In this document: positions 19,697 to 32,100 of the stretch, one piece after another
Position numbering within the stretch: the first letter of the stretch is position 1
Layout of the letters: the number at the start of each line of letters is the position of its first letter
Source: Gonapodya sp. JEL0774
Taxonomy: Eukaryota
DNA: 39,175 bases
Direction: 5' to 3'
NCBI GenBank assembly: GCA_027604505.1
Contig: JADIIX010000042.1
Span: 124,001-163,175 of the forward strand
Translations under genes and position numbers: made by a program
Notes under the pieces: generated by a model
Told to the model about the DNA's origin: nothing
The model's database searches: none
Seen by the model: only the letters and a program-made list of their open reading frames with translations

Positions 19697-22600
19697 TTAG
19701 AACACCATCGCGTTGGCCCGTTTTGCTACACAGTGGAATGTGATGGTACATTTATCTTACACGGTCCCACTTCTTCGAAACAATTTTCGAACTCTCACCT
19801 TTCTTCACAGCGTGCTCCCCTACTCCGTCGGGTACATTACTCACACCACTCTGTGTCGGCTTCTCCTTACCCTCTTTTCGAGCCTTCTCCCCTTGCGCCA
19901 TACTCTCGTACACTCTCCGCCTCATCACAAGTCTTGCCTGATTTCGCATCTTTCCCTGCCATGCCTTCGAAATCTTTGGTGTGGGCCGTTTCTCGTCGGC
20001 ATCCTCCAGTCGATCGAGAGGATTGGCAGTGCCGAAACGGCGGGCATACAGCGGATGAAGTAGGGCAATGACTTGCGTAGACGGATCGGTGATAGGAGAG
20101 AAGGGAGGCGGGGCCGGGTATTGATGAGGGACGGAGGATCCGTCGGCCGAAGAGGTCGACACGGAGAGGTCGACAACCACCTCACGCTTATGGAGCATGG
20201 CTCGCAGCTTTGAACGCGTCGACTCTGCTTTCTTGCGCCAGAGTTCTTGAGGAATCTGATGCAAAGAAGTGGGTCATCGACACATCAACTAACTTTCTGA
20301 GAATTCGGACCGCCAACCCACCTGACCAACCTCGATACCAAGCTCTTTGAGTCCCAAAAAGTCGAACTCAGGATCTCCCAGGTTCCCAAACACAAAAGCA
20401 TCGTCGTCCTCTGCCCAATCACCCTGTTCCACGTCCTCTGCAGCCATACTGTCGAAGTGCACCAGCTGGTCCCACTTATGTTCCAATTTTCGTCTCAATT
20501 CTGCAACTTTCTGCCCGTGGCGGAGAATGTCCACACGAATGTAATGTGAGAGCTGGTTCAGGGACTCAACTCCGTTGTGCAAAAGTGTGTGTCGTAGAAT
20601 TTCCTGGGATTGTTTAGTTTAAGTTTAGTGGTTGATCAGATTATGTCCATTCGTGACAGGTATGATTCAACATACCTCTTCTGACATCTTGCCTCCGTAC
20701 CCGTCCAAATAGATCCGCGCCACTTTCCCTAGATTCATCATATACTGTCCCATTACGTCAGAAAGTTCCCGCAAGGCTTCCCCGCTACTGCCCTGAAACC
20801 CATTATGCACCAGGACCCGCGCCACCGCACGGCGAAGAAGCTGCTCCGCAGTAGTAGACGTAAGCAGAGGCAGCGCACGGGCGTGCCGAGGTTTCTTGTT
20901 GGGTGCAGTAGTCACCAATGGAGGATCCGGAGGTACAGTTTGGGAGGGTGCGCCGGGTTGTTCATTCTAATCACGAAGGACAGATAACATGAAGTCATGG
21001 CTGCATACGATCATGCAAACTCACTACTTTAGCAACAATCCTCGAATGCACATCCTGAATGTTTTTGAACTCGAGAGTATTAGCATCCATACGTGCCGCC
21101 AGACCCTTTCCTTTCCTTCCGGAAGGAAACGGCAGAGACCTTGCATAGTCCGCGTAGGTTTCGGAGCTGAGCATTCGAGCGACGATACCGCAAAATTAAC
21201 AAAAAAAAAAAAAACTAAAACTCTGTGGTGTGCTTGAGAATTCACCTTCTCGGTTCATTGTTGCCAGCGTTTGAGGGCACTTTCCCACTCCACGCTTCCA
21301 TGTCCCATACGGTGCCCCCCCATCCCACATTTCGCACACCTCGCACCTTCAGATCAGGGACAACTGCTACTGGAAAGTAAAGTTCGGGGAGAAACATCCC
21401 TTCGCAGTCTTCCGAGTCCTCTGTTGTCACTGCCGCGAACGCATTCACATAGCGACTTCTCGATTCTTGAGTTTGCGATGCAGCTGATTTGCCCTTGCCC
21501 TTCACTTTTGATACATACTCTGCGGTTCCCACCGTTTTCATGATGTCCCATCGTGCTGCGACCATGTCCTTTTCCCATCGGCGCCTTGCCCTATCCGCCT
21601 CCTCGACAAACTTCCCCATATCTTCGCGAGTTCTCACCATCGCATCCCTTGCTCCAAAACCACACTTCTCTGTCCCATGGGGAAACACGCTTTCCAACAA
21701 ACTCAACCGGGCCCCGAACGTTGAGCTTCGCCACATTTCTTCCTGCAGGTCTGCCATTCTTGGCGCTTCCGGCGGCTCTGCGGAAGGAGCTGTTGGTAAC
21801 TCGCTAACGAGTTCTTCGAGTGACGGTTCCATGTCTGGGTCCCTTGGCTCCGGTGGAGAAGCAACAGGTTCTTGTGCAGTTGTCCCCGACAGATTGGATG
21901 GTTGGGGAGTACACCCCCGAGCTTCTTCCGATGATCGAATACCTGCAGATTGAACATCGAAGTCATCCACCTTCTGCTGCAAATTGTCGGCCGTTTTTAA
22001 ATCATCCGTGACTGCAAAAGCATTAAGATGTGGAAGCACACCCAAGTCCATCGACAACTCATCCGGTGGCCTGCTCATGTCGGGGTCAAATAGCTTTCCA
22101 TTAATACGAGCTAATTCTGGATCCACTGTCGAAAGTTGCTTGGGGGACCCATCGCCCGAGTCATTTTGCCCATTGTCAGATTTATTGTGCAAAGTAGTGT
22201 CAGGTGGTGTATTTGTTTGTTCGTCGTTATCATCCTCGCTTTCCAAGCCCAATTCCACTGCAAGACTTTTATCGTATGCAAAGGGGTCCGACGGCAGTGC
22301 ATCACCGGCCCGTGATTTGCCTGAGACTAACGAATCGGCAGTTTTGTTTCCCGACAGACCCTCACCCATGGAAACATCACCGTCACTCGTTACATCGCCG
22401 TCTTGATCACGCGACCTCGAAAGTGGCGTGCTTTTACTGGGTGCAGTCATTGACCCTTTCGAAGAAGCCTTTTTGGATTTTCCTGAGGCTCGCTGCGGTG
22501 CGGAAGAATTCTTTTTGGAGTTCGCAGACTTTGATGCTGTCTTGGAGCCATTGACACGAGAGCCACCTGGTACAGTCTTGGTGGACCGATTGGAGACTCG

Positions 22601-24223
22601 AGAATTGTCGGTGGGATGTTCTACAAAGAGGAGTGCCAGACAAACATTCCAATCAGACTGATACACCTAACGCTGTTGATGAGATGACATTACCTTCGTC
22701 GCTCTCATCTTCAGGTTCCGGAGCTTCCGCTTGGGGCTCCTCATACCCATGCATCCTTGCCACGATGCGCACGATGATCTTAATATCCGGAACAGACTTC
22801 AGGAGTTCTTCGGCCTTCTCCCGCATTGCATCAGCGTGCGCTCGGAATACAGATCCTTTGGGATTGTATGTGTGGGCGTTGGACCAGATTAAATTGAGGT
22901 CTTGGGCAAATTGGGCTTTGGATATGTAGTAGAGACTCTTGAGGTTTTTGGACATGGTGGTAAGATCCATAGGGCGCTTGATGACTATTGACAAACAAGC
23001 CACACTGTGACGTAAGCATCAACAAGAAGCTCTTGGATATTGCGTACCGTCATAGTAATCCGGAACATCTTTTTTCTGGACCTTGGTGAGAAACGGATAC
23101 GAATGTTCCTTGTACGCCTTCAACTCGGTAAGCACCTTGTCGAGCGCTTCATAGAGTTCTTCCTGCCCAACGCGAGAATCTGAGGCCCACTTTGAGCGAG
23201 AAGATGCAGGGCGAATATCAGCAAGGAGTGCGCGCATTTCGCGAGCGAGAGCTGGGGGGAGTTTGGCGTCGATTTCAGCGATGAGATGCTGCGATATCCA
23301 GCAGTGTATGAATTGGTAAATCGAGACGTGTGTGAATGGGTGAGCCGCGTTGCGTACGGATATATGCTTCGGATCTGAATGACGGTGTCAAGTTGAGAGA
23401 ACATATTCCAACCACTTACCTTGCGCCCAGAAAGACTCGCGTCGCTTTGCAATACTGAATTGCTCTGTCTTTGGCTCGTCGTCCCGCCAGAAAGAGTTCC
23501 GTCTTTGGATGCTGCCCCTCCGGCAGAGGTTCCAGCTGCAGCTCCTGCATTGCTTCGCATGCGCTCCAGGTCGGCGCAATCCGTGCGTCGCTGCAAAAGA
23601 GTTCGATAGAGCAAAGGCTCATGTTCGAGTGTGTAAAAGCGGGTGTCCAAGGGTGGTAGTGGTGCTGGAGTGTGTGAAGAGCGAAGCACAAAAGCAAGAT
23701 CCGGTTTATCCAAGCTCAGATTTTAAGGAATTTGCTTTACATTGTTGAGAGAATATGAAATAATACCTGGTGTTTGTATCGCTCCATCGATGCTGTTCTG
23801 GTGTGCCGGTAGTTGCTGCTGCCGCGCAGTCGACTCCTGACGAGCACTAAATGGCCCGTTCAATGAAATTTTCAAGAGATCTTTCGTCACGGAGTCGGAA
23901 GAGTCCAGTTGGGCGAACAGTGAAGGCACAAGTTGCTCGAATATCAACGTTCTGGTGACAAGTGATGCACGCAGAATATCATCAAGACTCGGTAATGTTG
24001 CAACTTGTGGAACATTACCCTCGTCACCATTTTGCGAATGCGATTGACGTTCCGACATCTGAAACGCTGCGAGGATTGCATCGCAATTGGGTGCAATGAA
24101 GTCTTCAAAGACCTCCTGAGATTCCAAACTCCGTTTGAAGACTGTGAGTTCGATTGGCGACAGAAACTTTCGCACGATTCCAGCCCCGTCAAGTAACTGG
24201 CACACGGCGTATATTCGGTCCAT
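19697..24223 (-). CDS. SPT7: SAGA complex subunit Spt7 (bromodomain plus C-terminal histone fold), multi-exon
   Basis: SKWASDSRVGQEELYEALDKVL...PFLTKVQKKDVPDYYD..IKRPMDL...DLNLIWSNAHTYN is the Spt7-type bromodomain. It is followed by LPELY, a histone-fold region (LRRAVARVLVHNGF...YMMNLGK) and DFLGLKELGI. A probable last intron at 19798-19726 gives a stop at 19697; without it the stop is at 19752. Confidence 0.88.
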
Positions 24224-24608
24224 CGCAGCTGGACAGGCAGAGGACCACCGTCACCCAGCTTACCTGCAATGTGTGTGATATACGAGCATCACGATTCCAC
24301 AAACATACAATTATAATATTGAAATGAAGAACCTCATCGGCTCTATTATGTAGTTTCTTTGAGGTTGCCCGTTGAATCGAATACGTAAAAAGGTACACGT
24401 AGGTACTTCTGTCGTAGATGCTTCGTCTTCTGAAAGATTAAAATTGAAACTGTATTCAAGAATGGACGATGAGTTCGGTTCGTTCGTTTTCAACAGCAGC
24501 TTTTGCGCGGTCATGGTGGTGGTGGGGATCACGGTCCTCTATGGAGGGGATGATGAATGTTATCATGATCAGTTCATCCAACGTTGGAACATAATCTTGT
24601 TTTTTCTC

Positions 24609-27251
24609 ATGGGCCGCCAAAGAACGACGAAGCCAGTTGCCAGCTCCATGGCTGCGTTAGACAATCATTCCATCACCCCATCACAAGTGTCATTGGCCGA
24701 TGCCGTTTCTGTCAGAGATGCTTCTCCAGCACCACTACCAACGCTCCACGCATCCAACCCCTTCGCCGCTCTCAGACTTCAAAGATCTGCGAAGAAAAAT
24801 TCAAATTTGGCTGTCGCTCCTCCCAAGTTGCCTGCCGAAGCCGCTGGTACTGATGTATCATTAGCTGAAAACTCGCAACTGGACCTGACTTCGAGGAAGC
24901 GCAAGCGGGAATCCCAAGCCCCTCCATCTCCACGCACTGTCACTCCTCGACCACGCTCTACCACTCGCTCTGCACCTGACTCAGGTAGCGGGGAAGTGCA
25001 TTATGTCGATGTTTCATCCATCAAGCTATCGGAGCGGAATGTCCGCACCCTCCCAGAACTTGCCGGAGATGTATGTGTGATTGGATTGATGGAAGGCGAG
25101 GTTAGTTTTGGGGGAGCTCTTCCACATACCGTGGTACATGTTCTTTTAACAAACAGTTTGGGAACGTATTTGGAAACAAGACTCTCGCCTTTCGTGGAAC
25201 GGTCGGACTTGCTCCTATTCGCGGTTCTGTCCGCGTTAATGGATTCACATATACGGCACCACCTGCACTCGCCTCGACTCTGCTTGGCGGCGAGCGGGAG
25301 GCTGCCCTACTTGCAGCCGAGGCACTAGAGTTCTACCCTTGCTTTGCACCCAAAAACACTCCTGCTCTTGTACTAGAATGTGTTTCTGGTGTAAAACGTG
25401 AAGACTGCTCAAAGAGGTCTCCTTTGTGCGAAACAGACGCTTTGCCAGCCTCAGGACTGCCGGAACGAAGACAATCGCATTCGGAACACGAGAGTGAGGA
25501 ATTGATTGTGGTCGCACAATGGGGCGTTTAAATCTCACGAAGTGCGGTCACTTTAGAAAGAACAAGCACTAGTCGAGCGCACTCAGCAGCGTCTCTCCAC
25601 AACCTCTACAAGGCACTGCTGCCCATCACCTCGTCAGCACCACCATTCTCCGCCGTCATCGCTCTTTCCTCTGCATTATTTATGGGGCTCGATGGTGTGG
25701 CAGTCTATGGAGGTGGATGGAAGGATCTTTGGGGCATTCGAGATCCCCTGGAAGAGGAAGGAGCAGCTCAAATTGGATTGGACGTGAACGGTTTCATGCC
25801 GGTGAGCAACCGCGCCAAGACGTTTCTCTGCATAAATAAATTTGCAAACCTCGAAACTCTCATTTTAGCTGCTCCGAAGCCCATATAACTTCCCCATCCT
25901 ACAGACCCCCTCCGATTTCTTTTCAATTTTACCACCTACTATACCACAGCCATCATCCCCACCAACAATTGCAGTTCTTGGGGCGAAGAACTCAGGAAAA
26001 TCAACGCTAGCTCGATTTCTGGCCAACCTCCTCTTGTCGCAGTTTGGCAGAGTACAATGGCTCGAATGCGACCCTGGTCAACCCGAAGTGTGCCCTATCG
26101 GCTGTGTAGGATTGGTGACGCGGATACATCCTCTCAATGGTCAGTTGCTGTCGTACATAACTCTCCAACCCGCAAAACCGAAGTATTGATCAATCATTGG
26201 GATAGGGCAACCCGCTGCGAACGTCCCTCTTTCAGTACAATCTCCCGATCGCTGGCTCTTCCTTGGCTCTACCACTCCAAAAACTGACCCTGACTATTAC
26301 ATCGCCTGTCTGACGGACCTTCTCAGCCACCGTGACCCTGCAATCCCTCTCGTTGCTAACTTGCATGGATGGACCCGTGGTATGGGTCTGGACATGACCT
26401 TGGGTCTGATTGCCACGCTAGGACCCACAACAGCAGTGGAATTGGTGCCCTCTGGAGCTTCGGCGGATGTGCTCCCCCACGTGCACTCGGTTTCACCCGA
26501 TACTTTATGCCATGCTCTACAATCCCCGGCTCGTTCTTTGGGTCACAAGAAAGCCGATCCTGCCGAGCTACGACAATTGAATATGCTCGTGCACTTGCAT
26601 CAGTGTCACTCGAATCCATCCGCGCCATACACTCTCGCACGGCGTCAATCGCGTTGGGACTTCTCTCTTTCCCGCTCTCTGTCCCACCGCGTTCCTTTGT
26701 GTGCACCGCTATCAGCGCTTTCTATTCGCGTACTGCACAACGACGTGACACCTGCACAAGCGGTGCGTGCCATCGAGGGAACACTCGTAGGGTTGTGCGA
26801 GGAACGTCATCCAGCTCCCCACGGATCGCAGAGTGTGCGACCACTCGTGCACCCTACCTCATTGCCTTGTGTTCCTTCAGAAACATCGTGCGTTGGTCTT
26901 GGGCTCGTGCGAGGATTCGACGAAGACTCAGGCCATCTTCTGCTTGCAACGGGCTTATCGGTTTTGGAAGTGGCCCATGGGCGAGTCAATACCCTGGTTC
27001 GAGGTAGTACAGGGATGGAACTCGGAGTCAGCGCATACTTGAGAGGATGGGAGGTGAATGCACATTAAACAGGTGGTTTGAACCCGAGTAAAGCTGAAAT
27101 TTGTCCATCCTTCCAGCACCTCCGCGAAATTCCTTTTCTCACTTGTCATTTCTATGAAGGCGTTGGTGCAGTTGGCAGGAGGGTGCGACACGATTTGAAG
27201 CGACGAAAGGCTAACGGGAACGATGGCGGAAGATACGAAGACGCGGCATGA
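24609..27251 (+). CDS. GRC3: Polynucleotide 5'-hydroxyl kinase Grc3/NOL9 (Clp1 family), multi-exon
   Basis: P-loop IAVLGAKNSGKSTLARFLAN near 25980, N.HGWTRGMGLD, CVGLGLVRGFD, and C-terminal IPFLT...GVGAVGRRVRHDLKRRK...* (TGA at 27249-27251). Not all internal exon boundaries were resolved. Confidence 0.85.
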
Positions 27252-27326
27252 CTCTGATGACTGAGACTTCGTCATGAACAACATTTATGCTGACGAAAGT
27301 TATTGCATATATATCTGCTGAACTCG

Positions 27327-28893
27327 TTATAATTGCAAGAGTTCCAGACATGCGATCACATTCGAAGCGGTCAACTATCAAGAATCACTTTCGAAAGAAG
27401 TTTTAGAATGTTTGATAACTCTTGAAAGACTGATTCTGGAACTCACCTTCTTGCTGCCGCCATCAATCTTGTACCGAATCTCCTGTTGTAGTTGTCGTTG
27501 CTTTTCCACCTCTACCAAGTTTTGCACCGATCTTAGCTCATTGACAATGTCACGAGTTTTCCCAAAATACACGTCTTGCAAGGAGCCACGGAGGCGCAAT
27601 TCCATGTCCTCAACAAGACGGCCGATATTTGTCACATGAGTGTTTTCGGCATCAAGAGGAGAATCTTGCTCGTTCTTCAAACAAACGACAGAAGTGTTAA
27701 CAGTGATCCGGTCGGCGACTGTTAGAAAATTCACCTGACGGGTCAAGCTTCCAGCGAGACTGAAATTTCCCAAAGTAGGCTTAGCAGTCGATATGTACAG
27801 CAGGATGGTCGATGTCAGCTTGTAGTGAGCTTGTCGAGCACCAGCCTTTTCTTGGACCTCAACAACATGAATTGAGTCCCATGTGCCTTTCACTTTAGTA
27901 GCATCATCGGAGACTTTGGCCTCTGCTTTCAATACCGTGTAGCATGGACGAAAGTTCAACGCGTCTTTACCGACCTTTCTTTATAAGAACAACGGATGCA
28001 AACCCTTCTTCCAGGTCCCACATATATACAGACGACACGCCTCCCTCGTAGTATCTAAGGTCACACAAAATGGTTTGGCATCATGATACGGTCGCCAGAA
28101 AAATACGAAGTGGATCCTACAATTCGCGATAGGTATCGAAAGCTTCGTTGGCTGTCACTTCCAATTTCCGAAGTTTAGGAGAAGGGATTGCGCCGTCCGC
28201 AAGAGGCGGATCAAATTCATTGGACCAAGGGGACCTGGAAACGATTGAACGAATAGACGCAATCGGTTTCTACCGCCCCGCTGGCTTGAACGCACCTGTA
28301 CGAATCTCCGTCCCTATTGTAATCACACAAAAGATACTCTCGTCCTGTTTTTTTGCATTTCTGTACTTTCAAAGGCTGGTCCACGGCGGAAAGGAGTTCC
28401 TCGGTGAGGTGTGGTGCAAGTTCGATAAGGTTTGCAAGGTTCTCCTCCACGCGGTTTGGCGGAAGGCGCCGCATAAGATCCAGAGCAGAGTCAAGATCAC
28501 TTTGGTCTCCTGATGTCGTGACAAGAGGAACAGGTAGAGAACATGTTGACAATGATGTCACGCAGTTGTGGATTTTCAACGCCGAAACGTCGACGACATC
28601 CACAAATGAAATGAGGACGGAAAATGAGCTTTTTAATTGTCATCTGAGCAGGTGTCAGAGGACACGAGGAGAATGTAGTTCCATCCAGCCAGAGATTGAG
28701 TCTTGAATGGGACACTCCCACAACCAACCGCGCAGTCCACCCAACATGCCCACGACAGCAGGACAGGATCACAGCAACCCATTTAATTACTAGGGTACTG
28801 GTAAGTTCATCCGAAGCGTAGCCCATTTCCAACATGTGACAGACCCAACTGAGAGGAACCATTGTTGATGATGTGAACCAGCTGCTCACCCAT
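27327..28893 (-). CDS. CAP2: F-actin capping protein beta subunit
   Basis: ATG G|intron 28889-28510|[76 protein letters not shown]. The last exon and stop at 27327 are tentative. Confidence 0.92.
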
Positions 28894-29123
28894 TGACAGG
28901 AAGGGTTGCAAGATGCAAAATTGAGTAGCGTCTCAGGCCACCAGGTCCGGCGAATCGAGAGAATCCCACAAGTGGAAGTTTTCAGGTGATATAACTACGG
29001 TATGTAACTGTCATGAGGAACCCAACAACCACCCCCCTCAAGCCATTTCTCGTTATTGTCGCCTTGAGTGATTTTTTCCAAATGGTGTGCTTGCATGGTA
29101 TATAGTGACGAAGGTATCATTGC

Positions 29124-32100
29124 CTACTCAAAAAGATTCTCCAATCCAAAATTGCTCTCCTTTTCCTCCTCAGTAGATTCATGTTTAGAAGATTTGCCAT
29201 TGAGTGAATACCGTTGCGACGGGGAGTTCCAGAGAAGCTTCGCCTTTGCAGCATGCAGAGTCGTAAGGTCTTCGCGCTTGAACCACTGGGATATGGAAAC
29301 CTGAAAACACCACATCACCAGGCCATTATGAAGTCAAAAAGTATTGGACAACAGCGCCCGCTTCCTTCTTCACACGTACGCCTGTGACTGTTGACAATAA
29401 TCTTCTCATCGTCGAAACTTGATCTTTGAGGGAGTTCTTTGTGACAAATTGCTTATCGAAATCCTAATTCACGGTAGCGCACAACCATAAATGTAAGAAG
29501 AACACTGGTGGGCGAATGCATCGTAGTTTACTCACCAAAATTTGTTGGGGATCCATTTCCGGCAATGTGGCGAGAATCTCCCGTGGAATGTTCGACACAG
29601 GTCTAAGAGACGAATAGAGCTCCGTGATAGCAGTCAGAAGATCACCTTGCATTTCAGTATGATACGGGTCATGTAGTGCCTGAAATGAGCCGACCATGAG
29701 TCTCACCTAAGCTGAATGGATATCGCATGTCAATTGCTCAACGTTACCTTCAACAAAGCACTGAATACATCTTTGCCCAGATATTCATGAAACTCAAGAT
29801 GATGCGACAAATACGCATTGAGCCGACTCGTGAGCCGCACTCCTGCTTTCGCTGCAACCGAGTCAGGTTGAATTACGATTGTGAGCACGGAAGTAAGGAG
29901 AGGTTGCCGGATGTGCTGGAAACATACATTGAGTATTTGAGAGTGGACTTGAATATTGGGATGCGAATGTAGCTTACTGGGTGCGAGAGGACAAACTCGG
30001 CCAACTCTTTATGTAAAAATTCCGGAGCAGGAACATTAGGGGTCGCGCGGGGAGTTTTCTTCGGCTGTTCTACGACATCCTTCGCCGCCTGCGCCGCTGT
30101 TCAGTAAAGTTTGCAGTCAGTAATCATGATAGTGAACGAGCACTTCACAGATATGTGAAAGTTATACCATTGGGATCTGGTTTCTTCAAGTCGAATACTT
30201 GAAAGATCAAATCGGCAAAGGATCGAGTAAGCATCCGCAGCAACGTCTCGTGCACAATTTCGTCCGTTATCTCATTCTCGTCCTCTTGGCTATCGTCACC
30301 ATCCATGCTCTCGTTGCTGTGCATTTGATATCTCAATTTTGTTCACTGCGACGAAACGATTAAACAGGACTCACTCGGGTTGCGCATCGCTGGTAGTTCC
30401 TCGGATGCCGTTCGCCGCCATGACCTTCCAATCTGCGTCTAATTTCCTTCCGACGAAATCAAACAGCGGAGGGAGCATCTGCCCCAAGAGTGGAGAGAAA
30501 TACTCTGGTGGACAAAGGAGGATAAGAGGGCGGAGCACATTATTTATTAGAATCCGCCAGTGGCGGTCCTCCATGTACGTCGGAGTCGGAAACAAAGACG
30601 GAATGAGCGATTCTCGGAAAATTGGATTGCCATAGAGATCGTTCGCACAAAATGGCAGGATACCCAGTACATGATATCTGATTCAAAGGGCTGTCATTCT
30701 CTCAAGAAAATCCAAATTAGGAAGAATTAGAGCAGCATGAACACTCACAGAGCTTCTCGGACGTTCGTTAGCATGGATCGAAATGTCGATATGTACTGTA
30801 TCATGCTTTGCTGACCCTGCTCTCCGTGACTTTGTTTGATTTGCAGACCTGCGAAGAGAACGTCATTCGAATTTCTGGTATTTCACACAACGAAGAAGGT
30901 ATTCCCACCCAACGCAAGCCTCTTCTCGTTCTGGCTAATGGCAAGGACTTCTCGCAACTCCCTAGCGTAAGGTTCCCAATAGGCTAAGTCCCATATGAGG
31001 TGAATAATTCTGCATAAGAGTGGAATGGTGGTAGAAATGAGCCATGTTCGAAAATCTCCATCAGCTGGGCCTCACCTAGCAAACCCCATCAGCGAAGGAA
31101 TGATTTGGGGTAAAAAGGGAATCCAGAGATTGACAATTGACGGGTCGTCCGATTTCTTGTGGATTGTAATTATCATCGTCGAGTGAAAGTTTAAAAACAA
31201 AATCTTGGAAACACGAAACGCACTGATCGTCTGTGTACTTCTAAGGTCCGCTTCAGAAACATCCACAAAGATTGTACTAGATAATGCAGCTACACGCGGT
31301 TTCTGTGGGGAAAAGTAACCGATGCCACGCATTAAACAACTGCCCACCTTTCGCCTTGTGAACTCAGAATCCTTCAACACCTTTAGTGTTATGGGATCAA
31401 GTAATTTGACGAGCGGGATATCTAATCTCCCGTCCATTTGCTTGATACAGTCAGAGACTTGAGCGCAACCCAAAAATTGCAAAAAGCTTGCTGGTGACGA
31501 GAGCACCTGAGAGAAGCCAGATGAAGACCAATCCGAAATGTACGGTTCCGCGACACTATTAAAGAGGTTTTGCTTGTGGTCGGCCGGATAAGAAGAAAAG
31601 TATCTGAGAAGGGTGCGATATTATTGTCGGAATCGGGAAGGTTCCTCAGCCAACGAGCACGTACATTATGCACATTGCGAAATCCACCATCTGTGTCTTC
31701 TCCAAGTCAGTTAGAGTCCCACCTTCAAATATCCTCCCGATTTGCTCTGTAATCTTGTCATAGAAGCTCATGAAAGTGTCCGGCATCGCTGTTCCCAACT
31801 TAATGAGTCCACCAATAGCGTGGGCGCGAACTTCCCGCGCTTCAACTCCCCGGTTGGTGTTCGGGACAACTGTTTCGTCAGCGTACACAAAATACGAATA
31901 CGAGAACAATTTTTCAACGCTGGCAAACAGCAAATGCGGTGGTGTGTTCGAGGATTCTGCTATCGTTACCGTCAATCCGTTGACCGCACGGATCACACTA
32001 GGTACCTATAACGCAAATCGGTTCCAATTCTGGTAATGATGTAAGAGAAATGTTGCAAAATGTCACCGACTTTTGGCTGGAATGAGACAAGCAGGCCTAA

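Noticed and set aside
24372..24608. Upstream extension of the 318-aa ORF before GRC3
   Set aside because: Non-ATG start inside the SPT7/GRC3 divergent promoter. ATG 24609 is the more plausible start.
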